Shown: piece by piece, positions 19,604-28,514 of the stretch
How positions within the stretch are numbered: position 1 is the stretch's first letter
Layout: the number at the start of each line of letters is the position of its first letter
Virus record (IMG/VR): IMGVR_UViG_3300031692_000001
Span: 358 to 64,357 of that record
Length of the DNA: 64,000 nt
From: a virus
Lineage: Duplodnaviria > Caudoviricetes
Reading direction: 5' to 3' (one strand)
Translations under genes and position numbers: made by a program
The notes under the pieces: generated by a model
The model's input: the letters and a program-made list of their open reading frames with translations, nothing else
Told to the model about the DNA's origin: nothing
Database searches by the model: none

Positions 19604-19645
19604 GAAAAAGCCGGATACCTTATGGAAGGCACCGGCTTCTTTTTT
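19604..19645. terminator. Bidirectional hairpin with T-tracts in the leader of the structural operon
   Basis: AAGCCGG-ATACCTT-ATGG-AAGG-CA-CCGGCTT flanked by A-run and T-run. Confidence 0.7.
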
Positions 19646-19674
19646 GATCACCCAAAATATAAATTATTTAATAA

Positions 19675-19706
19675 AATACTATACCTATCGGTATACAAAA
19701 GTAAAG
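19675..19706 (-). promoter_or_regulatory. Putative sigma70-like promoter for structural genes
   Basis: TTTACT-N16-TATAGT on minus strand; same -35 hexamer as the other phage promoters. Confidence 0.45.
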
Positions 19707-19739
19707 ACTTTTATCTTTTATTTCTTACTTTTTTTAATT

Positions 19740-19785
19740 ATTTTTAAAAAAGTACTTTACTTTTATTAAAAAAGGTAGTATATTA
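19740..19785 (+). promoter_or_regulatory. Early promoter (module C, promoter part only)
   Basis: AAAAAAGTAC-TTTACT-N17-TATATT, also found at 29.7, 33.9 and 53.7 kb. Confidence 0.75.
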
Positions 19786-19837
19786 TAAATAAGATGATTA
19801 AATAAAGATCATCAATTTTGAGTTAAGGAGAGCGAAT

Positions 19838-20512
19838 ATGAAAATTAAAGCTAATGAGATTAAGAGTGAAACCATACAAGAAGCTATCAGAGAGATAGAA
19901 GAAAAATATGGTATTACCGGGGACAAAGCCGAGGCAATAGCCTCCCACATCGTGTATACAGATGAGGACTGGACCGATGAGGAATCGGAAGAAACAGAAA
20001 AAGAAATAGTTCCCTTAGAAAAGTTCGTGAAAATTGCAAGTGAATTTGACAACGCGAACTATTACACAGACAAGGGCTGGACAATCCCCAATGGAACCGG
20101 TCCGAGTGATGAAGCATATGGTAAGGCACTTATGCAAGATTATCTTGACAGTGAATATCAAACTTTGCAGGAATGGGAAAACCATCTTGACAATTCTCTC
20201 ACGGAATCGAATGAATATTATGATATGTGGGAAGAATTATTCACTGAAGGTGAAGAAGAGCCGAAAGAAGATATAAAGAAATACAGTTATACAATTGAGA
20301 AAGATGAGAACGGTTACTTTGGCAATTGTGATCAGCTTGATGGGTGTTTCGCACAAGGAAACACAAAAGAAGAATTAAGAAAAAATATGGAAGATGTAAT
20401 TACTCTGCATCTCGAGGACAGAGGAATTACATCAGAGACTATTCATTTCGAAGAAATAATGTGCGACGTAGAAAGCGTTATAGTATCAGAAGGTACCATA
20501 GAAAAAAATTAA
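19838..20512 (+). CDS. Acidic protein with C-terminal HicB-like antitoxin domain
   Basis: KYSYTIEKDENGYFGNCDQLDGCFAQGNTKEELRKNMEDVITLHLE matches the HicB N-terminal domain pattern; very Asp/Glu-rich. Confidence 0.75.
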   Translation: MKIKANEIKSETIQEAIREIEEKYGITGDKAEAIASHIVYTDEDWTDEESEETEKEIVPLEKFVKIASEFDNANYYTDKGWTIPNGTGPSDEAYGKALMQDYLDSEYQTLQEWENHLDNSLTESNEYYDMWEELFTEGEEEPKEDIKKYSYTIEKDENGYFGNCDQLDGCFAQGNTKEELRKNMEDVITLHLEDRGITSETIHFEEIMCDVESVIVSEGTIEKN

Positions 20513-20515
20513 AAT

Positions 20516-20592
20516 CCACCATCCCCGGAGAGCAATAGCTAAGCTCTCCTATTTTACCCGGCCTCATTCGTTGAGTGGGGCTGAGCGAAATA
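20516..20592 (+). repeat. Repeat module B copy 1 (two hairpins)
   Basis: GGAGAGC-N9-GCTCTCCTATTTTACCCGGCCTCATTCGTTGAGTGGGGCTGAGCGAAATA; inverted copies at 29107-29196 and 29390-29485. Confidence 0.9.
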
Positions 20593-20605
20593 AAGGAGAA
20601 TGAAT

Positions 20606-20776
20606 ATGCAGACAAAAAAGGAAATGAAAGAATACACAAATTTAGGAGTAGAAACAGGCGTGAAAATATCTAATATAGTGTATTGGTTTTTCAATGCTAC
20701 CAGAATTATTGCGGCATTTAAAAAAGCCAAATCATCGGAAACCGACATAGAGCGGGACCGGAGATGTCATAGTTAA
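20606..20776 (+). CDS. 56-aa cassette protein (not in ORF track)
   Basis: AAGGAG RBS; MQTKKEMKEY...SETDIERDRRCHS; bounded by modules B and A. Confidence 0.6.
   Translation: MQTKKEMKEYTNLGVETGVKISNIVYWFFNATRIIAAFKKAKSSETDIERDRRCHS
20731..20765 (+). repeat. Repeat module D copy 1
   Basis: 30-bp CGGAAACCGACATAGAGCGGGACCGGAGAT identical (inverted) to 63464-63493. Confidence 0.9.
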
Positions 20777-20808
20777 TAACACCCAGCACCCAGGGAAAGG
20801 GTAAAGGA
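20776..20808 (+). repeat. Repeat core A copy
   Basis: ACACCCAGCACCCAGGGAAAGGGTAAAGGA directly before ATG at 20811. Confidence 0.85.
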
Positions 20809-20810
20809 AT

Positions 20811-20990
20811 ATGAGTATGAAAATAATTAAAAAAATTAGGGGGGTGATTAATTTTATTATAGATAATATAGGACCAGAGGAATATGAAAATAGCATGGAG
20901 TGGTGTTCTAAACATGATAAGTGTTATGAAGAAGCACGTAAAGAACATAACAGAGTCCAAATCTATATAAATAGGTCCAAAAGAATATAA
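20811..20990 (+). CDS. 59-aa cassette protein (not in ORF track)
   Basis: MSMKIIKKIRG...NRSKRI; RBS supplied by core A. Confidence 0.6.
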   Translation: MSMKIIKKIRGVINFIIDNIGPEEYENSMEWCSKHDKCYEEARKEHNRVQIYINRSKRI

Positions 20991-21017
20991 AAATAAACCA
21001 ATAACCGGGAGGATAAT

Positions 21018-21194
21018 ATGATTATTTTAGATAAATGCAAAGTGAAAACAAAAACAGCCAAATTTTCAGATGGAGATTTAATATATTTCACTTGTTGTTG
21101 TCCTAACTGTAATACGCATAATAGACTTAAATATAAAGGGAAATTTATTTGTCGCTTTTGTGGAAAATTGATTTCTATACAACGTATAAATTAA
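21018..21194 (+). CDS. 58-aa zinc-ribbon protein (not in ORF track)
   Basis: GGAGG RBS; CPNC...CRFC; followed by terminator. Confidence 0.7.
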   Translation: MIILDKCKVKTKTAKFSDGDLIYFTCCCPNCNTHNRLKYKGKFICRFCGKLISIQRIN

Positions 21195-21200
21195 ACCAAT

Positions 21201-21227
21201 AGCCGGGAATAACCCCCGGCTTTTTTT
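21201..21227 (+). terminator. Terminator closing the plus-strand island
   Basis: AGCCGGG-AATAACC-CCCGGCT followed by T-run. Confidence 0.85.
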
Positions 21228-21359
21228 AATCTTTCTCTGGTTTGTGATAATTACATATAAAGTCAAAGATTATCCACATAAGGTGTAAATTGATTCTTTT
21301 CTGAACACCTGTGGATTTCTGACAGATCTTTAAAATGATGTTTACAATTCCTGCAAGAT

Positions 21360-21557
21360 TTAATTTCCTTCATCCTTTCTTATCACTCTCTTGTATGCTT
21401 TCACAACAGGTTTCTCTTTCTCAAATCTTTTTCTATTCTCCACAATCACATCAATTTTATCCGATGTTCCTACCAGTTCAATTGTTATTTTCCCATAAGG
21501 CACATTCTGGATTTCCTCTTTGATATAATTTAATAAATTCTCTGATACTTCTCTCAT
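21360..21557 (-). CDS. DUF2292/YezD-like small protein
   Basis: YIKEEIQNVPYGKITIEL...VENRKRF pattern. Confidence 0.5.
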   Translation of the reverse strand: MREVSENLLNYIKEEIQNVPYGKITIELVGTSDKIDVIVENRKRFEKEKPVVKAYKRVIRKDEGN

Positions 21558-22588
21558 ATATTTCCTCCCTTTTCTTGATCAATTTCTTTATCCATCTCAT
21601 CAATCAATTCTGAATAATAAGGGGTTGCTCCACACCGGCATTGAATTTCTTCTCCGGGAATAGCTTTGGGCATTTTTCCTGTCCTGGGTTTCCAACTTAT
21701 CTTTCCTTTTTCAATTTCTGATATTTCCGCATAGACATAATTATTATCCCATTTACATAATTTATTTTCCATTAACCAGTGAGAAGGATTTGCCTTGGGA
21801 TATCTTCCCCCCGGTCTTCCCCTTACTCTCTCATCAAGAGCTGTCATCCATATGTATAGATTTAATCCGGCTTCAGTCATTCTTTTTTTAGTTATTTGAC
21901 CGTTCAATTTCCCCACCTGGTCCCTGGCTATGAGTTTGGCTCTTTTCTTAGAAAATACTTTATGATCAATCCCTCTTATATCTTTCATTATCTCTTTATA
22001 AGACATTCCATTTCTAATTCCCCGATATACTGTTTCATTTATACTATTGATATAATCAGATGTTAAATCCTTGAAAAAATTAAAATTCTCCTCTGACCAG
22101 GCTTTGAAAACATCATCCCACCAACCATCATCAGTAAAATATTCAAATCCTAATATAGCAGAAGTGACTTTACCCCATTGCTTCTTATTAAAAGTGTAAA
22201 CCGCTCCGGCTATAAGCAAAATGGTTTCCCAAACAATAGTACTTTCCGGAGTATCCCCATCAGCTCCAAGAAACTCTGTGGCTTTTTTCCTTAATGTGTT
22301 TAGTAATTCCCGTATTTCATCAATCCAAGAATCCTTTCTTATTTCATCATTCCTTTTTTTCTCTTCTATCCATTCAGAGAGATTCATTTGTAAATTAGCA
22401 TTAACTATATCCACCAGAGGTTTCCTGATTAGTTTCATCATCTCTAAAAAATACCTGTTTTCTTGAGCTGTGGGATATAGCCAATTAGGGGATTTTAAAT
22501 TTTTAGTTTTCTTCCGGTTTCCTGCTCCCATAGAACGTCTCTTAACTTTTAATGTTTCTTTAAAATTGATTGCATATTCATTAGACAT
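21554..22588 (-). CDS. Minor head morphogenesis protein (Mu gpF / SPP1 gp7-like)
   Basis: RAKLIARDQVGKLN, YIW.TALDERVR, PGEEIQCRC. Confidence 0.9.
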   Translation of the reverse strand: MSNEYAINFKETLKVKRRSMGAGNRKKTKNLKSPNWLYPTAQENRYFLEMMKLIRKPLVDIVNANLQMNLSEWIEEKKRNDEIRKDSWIDEIRELLNTLRKKATEFLGADGDTPESTIVWETILLIAGAVYTFNKKQWGKVTSAILGFEYFTDDGWWDDVFKAWSEENFNFFKDLTSDYINSINETVYRGIRNGMSYKEIMKDIRGIDHKVFSKKRAKLIARDQVGKLNGQITKKRMTEAGLNLYIWMTALDERVRGRPGGRYPKANPSHWLMENKLCKWDNNYVYAEISEIEKGKISWKPRTGKMPKAIPGEEIQCRCGATPYYSELIDEMDKEIDQEKGGNI

Positions 22589-22591
22589 AAT

Positions 22592-22888
22592 TTAATTCCT
22601 TTTCTCTTTGGGTAATAAAACCACTTGCCATTTAAGAAATACAAATTCTCTCCACCCGTCAACTTTTAAAGTTTTGGGGACTCTCCGGCATATTTCCAAC
22701 CATTTATCTTCTAATAGATATAGTATTTCTATTACCTGTTCTTTTGTGACTACTTGAGATTTGATTAAAGTATCCCCCTCCTCTTTGAGACAGGATAAAA
22801 GCCAAGTGGCCATTTTGTCTCTTCCCTCCTGGGAATTATCTTTCATTTTAAAACCTTTTAATTTTCTCACGTATTTATTTAATTGCAT
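22592..22888 (-). CDS. Hypothetical protein
   Basis: RBS-led ORF between portal and gpF genes. Confidence 0.5.
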   Translation of the reverse strand: MQLNKYVRKLKGFKMKDNSQEGRDKMATWLLSCLKEEGDTLIKSQVVTKEQVIEILYLLEDKWLEICRRVPKTLKVDGWREFVFLKWQVVLLPKEKRN

Positions 22889-22940
22889 TTTCTTTCTCTC
22901 CTGGTTTTTTTATTTCTTCCTTTTCCGGCTCTTCCTTTTC

Positions 22941-24224
22941 CTACGGCATTTCTGGCCTACTTTCATATGATTCCGTTACTTCCGGAAATTGGGTTTCCTG
23001 AATAAATTGGGCGTCATATATTCCCAAATTTATATTAATGTTATAAGTCTCGGCTTTAAGTTTCCCTATCTCCGCCAATTCTTTTTCAGTCATTTGTACT
23101 AAAGGATTAAATTTAATCAAATGATCACCCGGAACTTTCTCCACCATAGCAATTAAATTAACTAATCTTTGAAGTAGGTGTTTCAATTCGTTCCTTTGCT
23201 TGGCTATAATCTTGTCATAATAATTATTCATGTCACTTTCTCCAGTGGCATTTAATCCAGCTGGAGCACGGCCAAATAATTTTGTCAATGGAATCCCTGT
23301 TACTCCGGATAAGAAAAGACATAGCATTTCCATCAATTTATCCAACCCTGCAACATTAGCGGAATCCCTGACATAGTTCTCCCCTTCATCCAGCAATACA
23401 GCATTGATAACCGATTTATACATATTGATTATTTCCATTCTCTGTATTACTTTGGATTCTTGACCAGTTGCTAATTTTTGGGCCAACCCCTTCAAGGTAT
23501 ATTTTCCAATTATGAATTCATATAATATATTCATAACGGCCTGAGAAGATCCGCCCAAATTCCTTAATTGATCCCAACAAGATTGAAGAACAGATGAGCC
23601 CCAATATTGTGTTTCTTGATCCACAGCCACAGTATTAGAGGAGGGAACCAACTCCCCAAAAAACTCCACTACTCTACTGCGATGAACTTTAAATTCCTTT
23701 TGAGATAATCCTAATCTAACAGTGTACACTTTAGGTTTTCCAAATTCTGAATTCATAGGATCTTCTTCAAACTCCGATGTAAATAAATCTATTTCAGTTC
23801 TATCCACAGGCTTCAACCATTCAATAGCAGATATCCTTTTTTCATTCAAGGGTTGATCCAATCCATTTCCATCTGCAGCTCCTATGATTATAATAGATCC
23901 TCCGTATAATCGTTGCCATTTGAGTGCTGCTGTATAGATAGATTCCGCTTTAATTGATTCTAATCTGGTTTGAATCTTATTATCGTTATCATTAGATATT
24001 TCAATCCATTTCCCAGTCATGTCCTCTGCAACTACATCAATCACGGTCCTGGGAAAACCCCCTCCCATATAAGCATTTCCCAATTCCTGATCAGTGAGAA
24101 AAATAGAAAAGTTAGCGTTTGTATACCGAGATTTGTCTTGAGCTTTTCCTAATCCCACTAATAAATTTTCCCAACCATCCTTTCTTTGAATAGAATTTCT
24201 CTTTCTTCTTCTTCTATTATTCAT
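22941..24224 (-). CDS. Portal protein (DUF1073 family)
   Basis: KDGWENLLVGLG, WQRLYGG, VHRSR, TGIPLTKLFG.APAGLNATGESD..NYYD; AAGGAGG RBS before 24224. Confidence 0.9.
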   Translation of the reverse strand: MNNRRRRKRNSIQRKDGWENLLVGLGKAQDKSRYTNANFSIFLTDQELGNAYMGGGFPRTVIDVVAEDMTGKWIEISNDNDNKIQTRLESIKAESIYTAALKWQRLYGGSIIIIGAADGNGLDQPLNEKRISAIEWLKPVDRTEIDLFTSEFEEDPMNSEFGKPKVYTVRLGLSQKEFKVHRSRVVEFFGELVPSSNTVAVDQETQYWGSSVLQSCWDQLRNLGGSSQAVMNILYEFIIGKYTLKGLAQKLATGQESKVIQRMEIINMYKSVINAVLLDEGENYVRDSANVAGLDKLMEMLCLFLSGVTGIPLTKLFGRAPAGLNATGESDMNNYYDKIIAKQRNELKHLLQRLVNLIAMVEKVPGDHLIKFNPLVQMTEKELAEIGKLKAETYNININLGIYDAQFIQETQFPEVTESYESRPEMP

Positions 24225-24240
24225 ATTATATTTCCTCCTT

Positions 24241-25530
24241 TTAATTTTCCCATAATGCTTCTTCATATGCATTAGTGGTACTGAAACAATGCTGAACTAA
24301 ACTTCCTGCGGAATCCGGACAATCATCTGGCTCCGTTCCTAACTCATAATCTATTATTTGCTCCATGTATTCATCATCTGTATCATTATCCCATTCAATG
24401 TCTTTATATCTATCATATAGATGAGTAGTAATTTTTACATGTTTATTCATTGGTTCCCAATAATCCTGAACATTCATTCCCCTATCAGATAATAAACTTG
24501 CAGTATATCCTTTATCTGTATTAGTTTCTACCCATATTTCATCACACCTTCTCTTCCTGTACTCGGCTTCAATTACATCCAACCAATCCTTTACATTTCC
24601 TGGAAAACATTTTCCATGAGCTTGAATCTTTCCCGGCTTGGATGGTATCTCTGCCATGAAAGTTAATCCACAAGTATCAATCCCATCAAATGCCGCATCT
24701 ATATGGGCTTTAACTTTACGGATACTATATATCCATTTTCCATAAATAGGATCTGAAAAAAGTTTCCCATCTGCTGTGGTATGTTTCAATAAATAATTAG
24801 CTGCAAATAAACTTGGTGTGGTTTTTAATCTTTTTTCTTCAATCTGTTCTTCAGTAAGGATCTTACAATCATAGATATCAAATGTCATAGGAGGAGGAAG
24901 GATCGACCATGCATCATCTTTATGCCAAGGTGTTCCAATAAATCCAACTGATTTTCCAGTCTCAATAATATTGGTTCTTATTTCCCGGATTGTTTCTTTT
25001 GTTTTTTCTCTCTCAGATTTACTTATCCTATCTTTAAGAGTAACAAAGTCATCACATAAGATTTTATCATAATGTTTTCCAGTTATTCCGGTATCAATTC
25101 CCAGAGCATTGATACTTCCTTCTGGGGTAGAGGTTGTTTTGAAAGTGAATTCAAGTTTTCCTTCTCTTTGAATTTTAAAATTAGGATAAGTACCATGAGC
25201 AAATTTAAAAAGCTCCCTAATCTCTAGGAGTTTCATCAATTGCTTAATCATGTGTACTACTTCCGCAGCATCACTATATTTTTTTCTTATTAAAGCTATA
25301 CGATCATCAGGATGAAATAATAACCACCACATAGCTCCTATGGCCATAATAGCTGTTGTCTTGTAAGAATCCCGGTGAGCTTGTAGGCATCTATCTACAT
25401 CAGAATCCCAAATATAAAGCATCCATTCAGAATGTATTTGAGATAATCTTGTTTTACCAGCTATATGCCCAAGAAGGTGAGGTTGTTCCCGGAGGGACAC
25501 TAAATGTTGATCTGTATAAATACCGCTCAA
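24241..25530 (-). CDS. Terminase large subunit
   Basis: Walker A variant HRDSYKTT, ITGKHYDKILCDD, IGTPWH, HIDAA, DDCPDS nuclease motif. Confidence 0.9.
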   Translation of the reverse strand: MSGIYTDQHLVSLREQPHLLGHIAGKTRLSQIHSEWMLYIWDSDVDRCLQAHRDSYKTTAIMAIGAMWWLLFHPDDRIALIRKKYSDAAEVVHMIKQLMKLLEIRELFKFAHGTYPNFKIQREGKLEFTFKTTSTPEGSINALGIDTGITGKHYDKILCDDFVTLKDRISKSEREKTKETIREIRTNIIETGKSVGFIGTPWHKDDAWSILPPPMTFDIYDCKILTEEQIEEKRLKTTPSLFAANYLLKHTTADGKLFSDPIYGKWIYSIRKVKAHIDAAFDGIDTCGLTFMAEIPSKPGKIQAHGKCFPGNVKDWLDVIEAEYRKRRCDEIWVETNTDKGYTASLLSDRGMNVQDYWEPMNKHVKITTHLYDRYKDIEWDNDTDDEYMEQIIDYELGTEPDDCPDSAGSLVQHCFSTTNAYEEALWEN

Positions 25531-25553
25531 CTATTGTTTTTTTAATTACTCCT

Positions 25554-25841
25554 TTATTCTATTTCAATTTCTTCTATTTCTTTTTTATTAACAGAAGACT
25601 TCAAATTATTATAAGCTGCTTTATAATAAAATATAGATCCTTCGTAATCCCTTTCAGATGCTTTTTGTTCTGCTATTCTAAAATGATCCCCGGCTATTTC
25701 TAAGGTTGAAGCGAGAGTATAAATTTTATACTTATCTCCCATATTTTTTAAAGTTTCTGCGCATATACATAAATCTAGACAACCATTCCCGCATTCCAAA
25801 CAAAGATTTGTTATAAAATTATCAATCGTTATTGGTTTCAT
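25554..25841 (-). CDS. Hypothetical protein
   Basis: AAGGAG RBS; Cys-rich N-terminus. Confidence 0.5.
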   Translation of the reverse strand: MKPITIDNFITNLCLECGNGCLDLCICAETLKNMGDKYKIYTLASTLEIAGDHFRIAEQKASERDYEGSIFYYKAAYNNLKSSVNKKEIEEIEIE

Positions 25842-25891
25842 TCTTTATCTCCTTTTTTAAATAATATATTATATATTCTTAAAAGTAAAGC

Positions 25892-26248
25892 TTATTTTAA
25901 ATCATCTGGATTTGGTGTTCCGTTATGTTCATAAAATATAGGAATATTCTTTTTTTTAGTTAAATAAATTTCTTGCCCCGCTCCTGGAGAATCCAACCAG
26001 CCTTCTATAGCAAATAAAGCATCACATCTGCTTAATATTTCTAAATCACACTGCATAAATAATTTATAATCCAAACTCTCATAAACAGCCCCATATATTT
26101 CATAATGGGAGTAATTCTTATGGGGGGTTATTACGCACCACCCAGCTGCTAATAACTTAATGGACACCTCTTCAGCCTTTCTTATATTATCATCAATCTC
26201 TGAATAAGTTTTGCCATTGTATTTACCAGCTACATAAATAATTTTCAT
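25892..26248 (-). CDS. DUF4406/DUF1937-like (nucleoside deoxyribosyltransferase fold) protein
   Basis: IIYVAGKY, TPH, LSRCDAL..EGW..SPGA..E. Confidence 0.75.
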   Translation of the reverse strand: MKIIYVAGKYNGKTYSEIDDNIRKAEEVSIKLLAAGWCVITPHKNYSHYEIYGAVYESLDYKLFMQCDLEILSRCDALFAIEGWLDSPGAGQEIYLTKKKNIPIFYEHNGTPNPDDLK

Positions 26249-26330
26249 ATTATCCTCCTGACTTTACTTTTCCATAATTCTTCCTTCAAATTAGTTTCCA
26301 TTCAATCCCCTCCTCTTTCATTCCAAATTT

Positions 26331-26855
26331 TCATTCCTTTTTCCCCTTATAAATTATAGGTTCCAAATCGTTTTTCAGATACAAAGGATGAATAGGACTT
26401 CTATCTTTATTCAACCCCAAACAATAACAGGGTTTCACCATATCAGATACCTCTTTCAATCGTCTCAACTCTGCTCTTCCCCCGCAAGCTATAATGGTTT
26501 TGTTACAAAATCTATTATGATCTTGAATAACCTGGTTATTGATAGGACCAATATAATTAATACTCTTATCCCTCAATAATTTCCTTGAATCCGTTTCTAT
26601 CCAGGAATATAAATTACAGACATATAATCCATCATACCCCCATCTTTTAGAAAATCCAATAATTCTTCTAATAGTAGGATCGTCTTTTATATCATCGGCC
26701 GTGGAGGGATTAAGCATGATCCATAAAACTAAATTGGATCTATTACCAGGAGAAGTTTCTTTCCAGATCCTGGACAACCAATAACGGTAATTGTCTACTA
26801 TCAAAGCTTTTCTTTCCATGTCCTGAATTAGATCGTCATTATTAACTTTGCTCAT
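26331..26855 (-). CDS. DUF1643 family protein
   Basis: YRYWLSRIW, IMLNPSTAD...DDPTIRR, P.HPLY. Confidence 0.85.
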   Translation of the reverse strand: MSKVNNDDLIQDMERKALIVDNYRYWLSRIWKETSPGNRSNLVLWIMLNPSTADDIKDDPTIRRIIGFSKRWGYDGLYVCNLYSWIETDSRKLLRDKSINYIGPINNQVIQDHNRFCNKTIIACGGRAELRRLKEVSDMVKPCYCLGLNKDRSPIHPLYLKNDLEPIIYKGKKE

Positions 26856-27057
26856 AAAGATCCTCCTTCATAGCTATAACTGTATTTTTCAATAGTCTTA
26901 TTCCATCTAATCGGGATAGATTAGTGACCCACTGGAAATTGTTCAACATAGAATGAGGATCAACAAAAACAATTCCCATTCCAATCCTTTTTTTAGTCTC
27001 ATAAAACTCCTGGATTTGATTTTCTATATTTTCTATTAACTTTGTTAAATCTTTCAT
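26842..27057 (-). CDS. Hypothetical protein
   Basis: GGAGG RBS; tightly packed. Confidence 0.5.
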   Translation of the reverse strand: MKDLTKLIENIENQIQEFYETKKRIGMGIVFVDPHSMLNNFQWVTNLSRLDGIRLLKNTVIAMKEDLYEQS

Positions 27058-27096
27058 TTATATATTACCTCCGATTTATTAAATTAACTTTTGCTA

Positions 27097-27213
27097 TCAT
27101 TTTTTACTCCTATGCCTTTTATTCTCAGGTTTCCGTCCACTCATCGAGGAAACCAATAAACCCCCCCAAATAATCAATTCGATAACCACTATAAAAATTA
27201 AAGTTCCCTGCAT
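27097..27213 (-). CDS. 38-aa membrane micropeptide (not in ORF track)
   Basis: AGGAGG RBS; MQGTLIFIVVIELIIWGGLLVSSMSGRKPENKRHRSKK. Confidence 0.5.
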   Translation of the reverse strand: MQGTLIFIVVIELIIWGGLLVSSMSGRKPENKRHRSKK

Positions 27214-27264
27214 ATTCGCCTCCTATATCGAATGGCCTATATAGTTCCCCTCCCAGGGTTTTAT

Positions 27265-27513
27265 TTACGCCTTTTCCCTTGCTACCATTTCCTTCATTCT
27301 GCTTACAATTGGAGCTATATCGGCAGAAAGTTTCTCATTTATTTTTTTATGGGTTGATGCTATGTCCCCTATTCGTTTGAATATTTTCCCCATATACTTA
27401 TCAATTTCTTTTCTTTTTATTGTCTCTTTCAGAATATCAGGTAGTGTACCTATTTCTTCAATTACTTCCTGCTGTATGTAATCATCTTGCTCATTCTTCA
27501 CAATAGCTATCAT
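27265..27513 (-). CDS. Hypothetical protein
   Basis: AAGGAG RBS; ATGA overlap with upstream gene. Confidence 0.55.
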   Translation of the reverse strand: MIAIVKNEQDDYIQQEVIEEIGTLPDILKETIKRKEIDKYMGKIFKRIGDIASTHKKINEKLSADIAPIVSRMKEMVAREKA

Positions 27514-27731
27514 AATGTTTCTCCTTCTTCCCTTACCGGGCTTGTCTGATTTGAACGTTTCAGATTATCAATTTCCTCATCGATATCTGTTACACTCATA
27601 ACGTCCTCTGGCTCGCAACCCCTATAGATTGCTCCACACCTTGCACTTTCTTTCGCTGATTCCAAGTTGTCCGCACCAACTATAAATGTTTCATACTTTT
27701 TTATTTCAAGTGTTACTTCGTAATGGTTCAT
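27510..27731 (-). CDS. Hypothetical cassette protein
   Basis: RBS supplied by core A at 27738. Confidence 0.6.
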   Translation of the reverse strand: MNHYEVTLEIKKYETFIVGADNLESAKESARCGAIYRGCEPEDVMSVTDIDEEIDNLKRSNQTSPVREEGETL

Positions 27732-27737
27732 GATTTA

Positions 27738-27810
27738 CTCCTTACCCTTAACCCTGGGCGCCGGGTAGTAAGCCGGGGAATTAAACCCCGGTAAACCGCT
27801 CTGACTATTC
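27738..27810 (-). repeat. Long repeat: tRNA-elbow-like module T plus core A
   Basis: 27738-27802 is identical to 28740-28804 (65 bp); related copies at 61761-61840 and 62759-62844. Confidence 0.95.
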
Positions 27811-27813
27811 TTG

Positions 27814-28188
27814 CTATTTTATGTCAAGTTCAATTTTCTGGTTGTTGTCTTTGAGGTCGTTTTCAGTTCTTATCAATTTGTCAATAGTACCCCCTGCCCA
27901 GAATACCTCATCTGCGGTGTATTCGGTACCATATTGATTATTGATAATTTTTGCCTTTGTTTCAGCGCCTTTATAACCTGGAATTATAATCGCAAAAACT
28001 ATAAACCAGATTATGGCAATAACAAGGAATAAACATCCGATCCATGTCAAAAAACTGTCCTCATCGCCATTCAATTTAAAGGACAAAATTATACAGGCAA
28101 TTCCTGCGCCGATTAAAAAGATAATTCCTGCAACTCCTAAAACTATTAATGTTAACATATTCATTCTCCTTATTCTTACCGAAAACAT
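27814..28188 (-). CDS. Membrane protein with two TM helices
   Basis: Two hydrophobic segments; true start probably a downstream Met near 28158-28164. Confidence 0.6.
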   Translation of the reverse strand: MFSVRIRRMNMLTLIVLGVAGIIFLIGAGIACIILSFKLNGDEDSFLTWIGCLFLVIAIIWFIVFAIIIPGYKGAETKAKIINNQYGTEYTADEVFWAGGTIDKLIRTENDLKDNNQKIELDIK

Positions 28189-28514
28189 GAATCCGGTAGT
28201 TTTTTGAGGAAATAGAAATCATACCCTATTTCCTCAATTTCTTTGATTGATAATATCTTTCCTTCTTCTGGTCGTTTTCTTAATTGAAAGACAACTCCTA
28301 TATCATCCGTTCCCTGAACATAATTGACTCTATTACATTCAACCTCTACGCCGAGAAGTTTTGACATAATCTCAGCAGTGCTCTGATGCCCTACTGCAGA
28401 AAAAATCGAATCTACAAAACCGAGCTTAGCTTTAATCTCGCTGATGGAGGTTTTTCTTTTCGAGAAAAACCCTTCGGAAGTAATGATACTACAATTCATC
28501 CATACTATTTTCAT
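28176..28514 (-). CDS. acrIII-1: DUF1874 / AcrIII-1-like cyclic oligoadenylate ring nuclease (anti-type III CRISPR)
   Basis: 112 aa; SAVGHQSTAEIMS.LLG, NR, FQLRKRPEEGKILS..EIEEIGYDF match the YddF / STIV B116 family. Confidence 0.85.
   Translation of the reverse strand: MKIVWMNCSIITSEGFFSKRKTSISEIKAKLGFVDSIFSAVGHQSTAEIMSKLLGVEVECNRVNYVQGTDDIGVVFQLRKRPEEGKILSIKEIEEIGYDFYFLKKLPDSCFR

Noticed and set aside
22941-24224. Anti-CBASS Acb1 call for the DUF1073 protein
   Set aside because: Position after TerL and its motifs indicate a portal; no HxT/S 2H-phosphoesterase domain seen
27741-27780. Telomere-like or G-quadruplex repeat (GGGTTAAGGG)
   Set aside because: Only two or three G-runs per strand and not tandemly iterated
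27766-27808. Genuine tRNA gene
   Set aside because: No anticodon arm or D-stem and only about 45 nt; kept only as a tRNA-like hypothesis
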